A stretch of DNA of 15,836 bases from Azolla caroliniana (lineage: Eukaryota > Plantae > Polypodiophyta): the NCBI GenBank assembly GCA_043228905.1, contig JBHGNT010000775.1, forward strand, positions 1 to 15,836, read 5' to 3'. The notes beneath the pieces are model-generated. The model saw only the letters and a list, made by a program, of their open reading frames with translations, was not told where the DNA came from and ran no database searches. Below, piece by piece: positions 8,790 through 15,836 of this stretch. Position 1 is the stretch's first letter; each line of letters starts with the position of its first letter. A program made the position numbers and the translations under genes.

Positions 8790-10430
8790 ATGTTTTGTTA
8801 GTTTTCTTTCAATATATTTCAATGTATTGAAGAGACAAAGAGAAACATGGACATAATTTATATTATGTATTTGATAAGCTAAGAGAACATTACTAGATGT
8901 AAAGAAGAGTAACTCAAGTTCAACATTCTATGTAGAACAAATGGAATATATTGTTTATGTAATCTTACACGAGGTGTAAAGCCTAATCTTGCAAAAGTCA
9001 AAGTTGTGAGAGAAGGACAAAATCACATATAAAAAGATTATGCAAAGATTGATAATATTGTGCTCAATATATGGTAGAAAGAGAAAGAATTCAAATAGGA
9101 TGAAGATTTCCAATGAAGTTTGGTAGGCTAAAATAAGCATTGGCCTTGGGACTAGTGCTTATGTTATCTGAGTAATCATGGATGCTAGTGGAGTAGATAT
9201 TGGTGCAATAATCGTACAAGAGTGTAGATTAATTGCATACATGTGAAGGAAGTTAAAGATACATAAAAACAACTATCCCACTCATAGCTTAGAGCTATTG
9301 GCCATAATATATGCACTCAAAATGTAAAGAAACTATATTCTTGGATGTTTGTTGTCATAACCGATTGCAAGAGTATGAAATACACACTTATTCAAAAATA
9401 TCTTAACATGAGACTAAAATCAGGAACGGTTTGGTTCAGTTCGAGAGTGTTAAAACCGAATCATTTGAAATTGTTGAAACTTGAACCAAACCTAACCAAA
9501 CCAAATCGCAAAATTGTTAAACCAAACCATTACAAAAAATTCAAACTGTTAAAACCATGGTTTCGTTGTTCGGTTTCGTTTTCAACTTAGGTCAAAATTC
9601 AATTTTTAATTTTTAATTTTTTTAAAAATTTAAATATTTCATTATTGTAAATTTTCAAAAATTTAAAGATTTTCCTAAAATGTGAGAATAAGGCCTAAAA
9701 ATGAAAAGATTGTTTAAAAACAATTTTTATGTTTTTTTAATTTTAAAAATTTAAAATTTTAAAATTGTTAAACCAAACCAAACCGTTTAAACCATTAAGC
9801 CACAGTTTGGTTCGGTTTGAAACCGAATCGTTGCCGATTATCACATGAGACAAAGAAAATGGTTGGAATTATTTCAAGAGTATGAGCTGGAAGTAAAATA
9901 GAAGTAAGGCAAGATTAATCAAACAACTTATGTTTTACTTAGATGCTTTGCTACCATGATGTACTTTGGTGCTTTAAAATCAACAATGTAGGGAAAACCT
10001 TAAGGTTAATCCTTACGTGTTAAAGGTCTAGCGAGATCAAGAAAATAACCCAAGCATGTTATTTCACTATCAAATTGAGGAAGTATTGCTATATTATGAA
10101 AAGAGATTAGAGCCCTTGGGTTACGGGTATACTCCAAATGAAGCAAGAATGCTTTGGCATGGCTTTCAAAACAAAATTCCCACTAACGAGGCAAGGATAT
10201 GATGACATACTAACAATCATTGTCTACTTAACTAAAGTTGCTCATTCAATGCTAACAAAAAAAGAGTCAAGTGCTATGGGCACAACTAAAATAATTGTAA
10301 TGTAGATTGTAAGGTTACATGAATTCGCATTGTGGATAGTAATTGAAAGTTCACTAGACATTTCTCGTTTGCATTAGTCAAAAATATGTATTACCCAAAA
10401 AACAAATGGACAAATGGAATTGGATCTTAT
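8790..10430 (+). pseudogene. pol: Highly degraded chromovirus-like Ty3/gypsy pol relic (RT C-terminus, RNase H, integrase)
   Basis: Hand translation gives LVFFQYISMY*RDKEKHGHNLYYVFDKLREH (decayed FFDD region), GVKPNLAKVKVV, MDASGVDIGA...NYPTHSLELLAIIYALK, TDCKSMKY...LNMR|QRKWLELFQEYE, and TRQGYDDILTIIVYLTKVAH...TNGQME. Confidence 0.8.
9415..9842. mobile_element. Non-autonomous DNA transposon (MITE), 428 bp, 9-bp TSD ACATGAGAC (9406-9414 / 9843-9851)
   Basis: Imperfect TIRs TAAAATCAGGAACGGTTTGGTT vs revcomp GATAATCGGCAACGATTCGGTT, subterminal AAACCG/AAACCA motifs and an AT-rich core. Removal restores LNMRQRKWLEL. Confidence 0.88.
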
Positions 10431-10489
10431 TTCACAATTAATTGAAATAAATATTATGCTTATTGTGTACTATTAGAGATATGCCCTAA

Positions 10490-10923
10490 TGTAAGCATAT
10501 GATAAGGATAAAAGAATGATAGATAGAAAGGAGAGAGAGAAAGAAGGGTACCGATCCACCCAACCACCCCCGAGCGAAGGGATCGAGACGGACTCGAGCC
10601 TCGATCGGCATCCCATACCACAGTCGTGGCGTTGAGCCGTACCTAGTGCTAGTGTGCTCGCTACAAGAATTGACCCACCACAAGAACAGAGTCTCGACGT
10701 AGTCAAAAGATCATGAAATGAGGGTAGCCAGGCCTCTTATTTATAGCGATACCCAAGGCCCCCAGGCAAGTTCGCCCTTGGCCTAATGGGTAGTCTCAAT
10801 CCCAAGGATTAAAAGTAATCCTCCCCTTCTTCACACTCTCATTTAACCCTCAAACTTATCCACGTGTATAGAATACTACGGTGAATTCTCACCACGGGAT
10901 ATTATATAGCCATGCCTGTAACA
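10490..10923 (-). mobile_element. 3' LTR (434 bp) of chromovirus A
   Basis: Minus strand TGTTACA...CTTACA, directly preceded by a PPT. CTATAAATA at 10738-10746. Confidence 0.8.
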
Positions 10924-12791
10924 TACTCCCCCTCTTTAAAACATTGCACTCTTGCAATGGAAAGTTAGGGAAATTAGTTCTAAGAGAATTTTCACGTTCC
11001 CATGTGGCATCTTTTATTGATTTATCCATCCATTTTATTTTAAATCCTCGAATTCCTTTAGTACGTAATTTTTTTGTTTTAACATTGAGAATTCTTTCTA
11101 GTACATGTGGTTTAGAAGATAATTCTTCAGAAGTAACCAGAGTTTTAGTTGTAACTGTATTGTCGCCAGAACCTAGAAGTTCTTTTAGACGACTCACATG
11201 AAAAACTGGATGAATTTCAACACCGTCGGGAAGAGCGAGACAATAGGCTGATGACCCAATGCGTTTGAGGACTATAAAAGGTCCACAAAACCGTGGGCTT
11301 AACTTAGCGCACTTACCCTTAGACAATGTCTTAGAATTGTGAGGTACACGTAAAAATACCTTCTGTCCAGGGTGGAATACACGAGGTTGCCTATGATGAT
11401 CGGCATAAAAACGTGCTCTATCTTGAGCTGTTTTTATATTATCTCGTGCAATATGCAACATATCCTGCATATCCCGAAGAAAGTTTTGTGTACTTTACAA
11501 CTCATCATGATGTATATTAACATCAATCGGGGCTCGTGGCTAAAAACCATACATCAACATAAAAGGACTATACTCGTCGATGTATGCTTGGAGCTGTTAT
11601 AAGCAAACTCCAAAATTGGGAGATAACATTCCCATTTTGTTGGTTTTGTACCAACGTATGCTCGAAGCATGTCCTCAATAATTTGATTTACTCGTTCTGT
11701 CTGTCCATCGGATTGAGGATGATCCGTGGAGCTCATGCTCAATGTAGTTTCTAACTTCTTAAAGACTTGTGTCCAGAAGTCACTAGTAAACTTTGGATCT
11801 CGATCACTCACGATATCCATCGGTAACCCATAAAAACAAAATAACTCATCAACGAATTGTTAAGCCAATTTAGGAGCTGTTACCGTGGTTTTTGTAGCAA
11901 TAAATCTGGCCATTTTAGTTAGTCTGTCAACCACAACCCAGATGGCAGGAAGGCTAACAATAAAATCCATGGATATACTTTCCCACTTATTATTGGGAAT
12001 GTCCAAGGGATGTAAAAGTCCTACGTCTTTAAGTTGCTCGGCTTTGTTAACCTGACATTGGTGACATTTAGTCACATAGCTATGTATGTCAGGGTGCATC
12101 TTAGGCCAATAGAATTGAGTGGAGATGAGAACAAGTGTACAATGTATTCCAGGGTGCTCCGCTGAGGGTGCATCATGGCATTAAAAAAGAATTCTCTTTT
12201 TGACCTCAAGCAAATCTAGAACACAAACCTTCCCATTACGGTAGAGCAGACTGTTAGCAATGTGGAAGTATTCCTTCGAGGATGTGGTGGTGTTTGTTCC
12301 ATTTCGCAAAATAATTGTCATCAGGATACTTTCCTCGAAGGTGATCATAAAGATCTGATGTTATTTCAATGAAGCTAAGCATGTTAACTTCACGGATGCG
12401 ACTTAGTCCATCAGCGACAATGTTCATGGAACCTTTACGATATCGTATGGAAAAATCAAAGTCTTGGATGAGATCAGCCCATCGTGCCTTACGACCTTTC
12501 AGGTCTTGTTGGTCACAAAAATATTTCAAGGACTCGTGGTCCGTAGTTACCACAAAGCGATTTCCATAAACATAATGGCGCCATGTTTTGAGCGTATGTA
12601 TAACTGCAAATAATTCCTTTTCGTGAACGGTATACCGACATTGAACAGAATCAAGTTTCTTACTCTCGAATGATATTGGTTTACCATCTTGATATAAGAC
12701 AACACCTATAGCATAATCGCTTGCATCGGTTTTAACCTCAAAAGGTTTTGAAGGATTAGCTAAAAAAAGTGAAGGAACCTTGCACACCAGG
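10889..12791 (-). pseudogene. pol: Chromovirus A pol fragment: RNase H, integrase, chromodomain
   Basis: TDASDYAIG, ESKKL, HEKELFAV, TDHESLKY; CHQCQ, SMDFI, VSDRDPKF, HPQSDGQTER; RFCGPF, HPVFHVSRLK; chromodomain ERILNVK...IKW...ATWE. Truncated at 12791 by the next LTR. Confidence 0.93.
10926..10937 (-). promoter_or_regulatory. Polypurine tract (PPT) of chromovirus A
   Basis: AAAGAGGGGGAG-TA-TGTTACA on the minus strand. Confidence 0.85.
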
Positions 12792-13264
12792 TGTTAGGAA
12801 TAGTACTAAACAGACATAGGATTAGTACTAAACAAAGAGAGAATTAGTACTAGAGAAGGGAAGTACTATCAGTACTAAGAGGATGGGACTGCGTAAGACT
12901 CCTCAAGAGAGGAAGAGAGAAGAGGAGAGAGAAAGAGATAGCGAGGACGAGAGAGAGAGAGAGAGAGATGATGATAACAGATTATATATTATAAGAGGAG
13001 TAAGTACAAAAGGGATATGAGGCTAAAGACTGGCGTTGAACCAATTTGGTTCAACATAATGTGTAGTGCCCTCTTTTATAGTGTTCTTAGGAGTGATCCT
13101 AAAGCTTCTAGAATGTTCTAGAGAAATTTGGATTATACATTAATTTCCTATAATAAAATGTAAATGAAAATAATATCCTACGTATTACAATAGATGATAT
13201 AATGGTCAAGAGCTCGACCCATATAACCTAAGGTCATGGGTTCGAGTCTTGCCATGTCATGACA
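12792..13264 (-). mobile_element. 3' LTR (473 bp) of Tcn1-like chromovirus B, inserted in pol of chromovirus A
   Basis: Minus strand TGTCATGACA...CCTAACA with a PPT just upstream, CTATAAAAGAGGG at ~13068-13081, and a (GA)n tract near 12949-12968. Confidence 0.88.
13190..13254 (+). other. tRNA-like Pol III A-box/B-box module inside LTR of chromovirus B (antisense to element)
   Basis: A-box-like TGATATAATGG at 13195-13205 and B-box-like GGTTCGAGTCT at 13239-13249, a tRNA-like 44-nt spacing. Not a complete cloverleaf. Confidence 0.55.
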
Positions 13265-15046
13265 CTATCCCCCCTTTAAAACGATGAGTGTCACAAGTCG
13301 TTTTGGATGGAGGACCCGGTTTGTGTGGATATTGACGATGGAAGTCTTCAAGAAGCGCACGAGCATTGGTCACATTCTCGATCGGTTCCCAAGTACGTTC
13401 GTTGGGACTATAACCTAGCCAATCGACTAGATAGTAGAGCTTGTTGCGAATAATCTTGGAATCAAGGATGGTGGCAACCTCGTACTCTAGTCCATCTTCA
13501 AGCTCGATCGAGGGTGGAGGTTGTATAATACATCCTGGGCTGGTGCTCTCGTGATAGGGTTCAAGGAGAGAACTATGAAATACCGGATGTATCCGAAGTT
13601 GAGGAGGTAAATCGAGATGAAAGGCGACATCATTAATCTTTCCAATAATACGGAAAGGACCCAATCGCGGATAATCCAACTTCTCACATGGGCGAGTAGT
13701 CTTGATGTGTCATCGTAGCAGCCACACCCGGTCTCCAATGTTAAAACTAGATGGAAGTCGATGATGATCCGCATAGACCTTGTGTGTTTGTTGAGCTTGC
13801 TGGAGATGAGTAGATAAATCTGCTTGTATCTTGCGTAACTGCTCCAAACGATCCTCTGCACAAGGATTTGTGAACACCTCTGGGGTTTCAAGTACACTCC
13901 ACCGAGGGTGACATCCCGTATAAGCATAAAATGGCGTAACTTTAGTCGATGCGTGGATAGAGTTATTATAGGCAAATTCGACGAAGTGGAGAATATCTGC
14001 CTAGTTATCCTGATGATAGCTGAGAAAGCACCGCAGATACTGCTCCAACGTTTGATTTGTTCGTTCGGCTTGGCCGTTGATCTGTGGGTGATAGCCGGAG
14101 GAGAGGTTACAAGTGACCTTGAGCATTTTAAAAAGGTGCTTCCAGAATTTTGACATGAACTGGGGTCCACGGTCACTGACGATACTATCAGGAAGTCCAT
14201 GATGCCGACATACTTCACACATGACAATTTTGGCGGTTTTCTCACTGGAGATTTCCTTAGTACATGGCAAGAAATGAGCCATCTTCGTATATCGATCTAC
14301 CATTGTGAGAATTGCATTGAACCCCTTGGAGACTGGGAGATCTGTGATGAAGTTGAGAGCAATGGATTGCCACGGCTTGCTTGGAATTGGTAATGGTTCT
14401 AATAAACCATATGGATGATGCCTTGGCATTTTCGCTCTGCAGCATGTATCACAAGTCCGAACAAAATCTTCGACAAATTGTCGCATATAGGGCCACCAGA
14501 ACGATTGTTGTACTAAATCTAATGTTTTAGTACTGCCAAAATGCCCAGCTGTATATGTGTCATGACAGTTTTGTACTACTCGAAGGTGGCAAGAACCATT
14601 AGGAACATACAAAAGTTCTTTAAAGAAGAGTAATCCATCATGGTATTTGAATTGCCAATAGTCCGTACTTGGTGGTTGCGACTGTGAACACGACACTCGG
14701 GAGGGATCAATTTGTGCTAGTATAGCTTGGGCAAAAGCATCTGTCTTCAGGTCCGCACGTATGATATTGATAACGTGGGAATCCATGGGCATACCAAAAA
14801 CCTGTGTTGCTTGCAGTCGTGCCGGTCCCAAGGTTACTTGCTTTTGGTTATCGAAATCTGGCTGGCCGGGACGCGGTGTTAGATACGAACGCCGTGATAA
14901 TGCATTTGCATTCCCTTGGTGCTTCCCCAGACGATATATAATTTTGAAGTCGAAACGCGTGAGGAAGTGGGCCCACCGAGCTTGACGTCGATTTAACACA
15001 CGAGTATCCTGAAAGTAGGCAAGGTTTTTATGGTCACTGAATACGG
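13257..15046 (-). pseudogene. pol: Chromovirus B (Tcn1-like) pol fragment: RNase H end, integrase, chromodomain
   Basis: VFSDHKNLAYF..LNRRQARW; HDTYTAGHFG...CDTC; VSDRGPQF; YHPQINGQAER; LGPFRI, HPVFHSSLLEPY; chromodomain YEVATILDSK...YLVDWLGY...TWEP. Stops and frameshifts present. Confidence 0.93.
13269..13277 (-). promoter_or_regulatory. Polypurine tract (PPT) of chromovirus B
   Basis: AAAGGGGGG-ATAG-TGTCA on the minus strand. Confidence 0.85.
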
Positions 15047-15150
15047 TGTCGTAGTGTATTTTGTACACTACGTGAAAAACGTATATAGTATTAGATTCAA
15101 TAAAAAATGAAGAAATAGAAGAAAATAGCAAAATAAATGGAACATGCATA

Positions 15151-15212
15151 GGGCAAGATTCGAACCTTGCACCTCCATGTTAATAATGTAATGTCTTACC
15201 ATTACACTAGCA
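15151..15212 (-). other. tRNA-like Pol III A-box/B-box module inside the 15047 LTR (antisense to element)
   Basis: Minus strand A-box-like TAGTGTAATGG (15209-15199) and B-box GGTTCGAATCT (15166-15156) within hairpin GCAAG-GTTCGAAT-CTTGC, 43-nt spacing. Confidence 0.6.
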
Positions 15213-15541
15213 TTTCATTAGTGTTAAAGCATAGATGTCCCACATAGAAAGGTAAATTCACGCTAGGATAAACATTAGAAAAACGCATAACAAAAGAAAA
15301 AGCTACACATACACATCTAGCGTGCATGATAAAAAACGCACAAGTTAGAAAAAAGCATGATCACTTTAGATAAAGCATATAGTCTATCTATAGGAAAAGC
15401 ATGGGGTCTATAGTTAGAGAAAAAGCATGGATTACTAAGACTTCCTCATCACTACATAAGGATGGGGAGCACAATGTAATTGTGTGTGAAAAATATTTGG
15501 AAACTGGATATGTTTCTAAAAAACACCAATTAATAAACTAT

Positions 15542-15689
15542 ACTCGTGGGATTCACGAGAATTCTATATCATTCTCTTTCAACCGAAGTTTATATTCTTA
15601 TATTCATATTGATTAATCTAATACAATACACTTGTGGGATTCACGAGTTTGCTATAACTCTTTCTTACAACATATTTATATTCTTATTA
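15542..15689. repeat. Two diverged ~60-bp direct repeats (period 88 bp) in LTR, each starting with hairpin CTYGTG-GGATT-CACGAG
   Basis: 15543 CTCGTGGGATTCACGAG...TTTATATTCTTAT and 15631 CTTGTGGGATTCACGAG...TTTATATTCTTAT. Confidence 0.85.
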
Positions 15690-15778
15690 GCCTTAAAACT
15701 CTCCTCTTCCTAGTCCAAAACCCCAGCGGTTCCCACCCGACTCACGCAACGATCTGGCGCCGAAAGGCACGACACAGT

Positions 15779-15796
15779 TGGTGAACCCGACGTGAA
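15779..15796 (+). promoter_or_regulatory. Primer binding site complementary to tRNA-Trp 3' end
   Basis: TGGTGAACCCGACGTGAA is the reverse complement of ...TTCACGTCGGGTTCACCA, the plant cytosolic tRNA-Trp 3' end as I recall it. Confidence 0.85.
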
Positions 15797-15812
15797 GGCG
15801 GGTGGCAAGGAG

Positions 15813-15836
15813 ATGGAGAATCAACAAGAGGCAATG
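15813..15836 (+). CDS. Possible start of gag (MENQQEAM...), runs off window
   Basis: First ATG 17 nt after the PBS. Only 8 codons are visible. Confidence 0.3.

Larger units (their letters stand above)
15047..15774 (+). mobile_element. 5' LTR (728 bp) of a further LTR retrotransposon inserted in RNase H of chromovirus B
   Basis: Perfect 6-bp terminal inverted repeat TGTCGT...ACGACA. Pol homology of element B stops at 15046, and a PBS follows 4 nt later. Confidence 0.88.

Noticed and set aside
8603-8790. ORF 8592-8822 (-) and hairpin GTGTCTC-AAG-GAGACAC
   Set aside because: No recognisable domain, and a short inverted repeat is compatible with chance
15047-15149. Hydrophobic, signal-peptide-like N-terminus of ORF 14001-15149
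   Set aside because: It is read-through from the antisense strand of the inserted LTR. Pol homology starts at 15046.
13190-15212. Bona fide tRNA genes at 13190-13254 and 15151-15212
   Set aside because: A/B boxes are present but acceptor and anticodon stems do not pair into a cloverleaf, so they are kept only as tRNA-like modules
15755-15766. TGGCGCCGAAA as a PBS
   Set aside because: It lies inside the LTR before the ACGACA terminus. The 18-nt tRNA-Trp match at 15779 is far better.

Overview
Eukaryotic, plant-type heterochromatin made almost entirely of nested, decayed transposable elements. No intact host gene, rRNA, true tRNA gene or CRISPR array is visible. The element mix looks moss/bryophyte-like (inference). 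Left to right: (1) a partial LTR (1-~492). (2) A + strand non-chromovirus Ty3/gypsy element (PR-RT-RH-INT, ~493-4817) whose protease is split by a 951-bp solo LTR (559-1509, TSD CCATC) carrying a 54-bp minisatellite. It also carries a decayed ~1,030-codon extra ORF after integrase (5083-8168) and a probable 3' LTR ending at 8602. (3) An old chromovirus-like pol relic (~8790-10430) interrupted by a 428-bp MITE with a 9-bp TSD. (4) A nested stack of three elements: minus-strand chromovirus A (LTR 10490-10923) is interrupted by minus-strand Tcn1-like chromovirus B (LTR 12792-13264), which is interrupted by the 5' LTR (15047-15774) and tRNA-Trp PBS of a + strand element. The most unusual signals are the large 3' extra ORF and antisense tRNA-like A-box/B-box modules in the U3 ends of two unrelated LTRs. 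I see no evidence of a wholly new system beyond these candidates.
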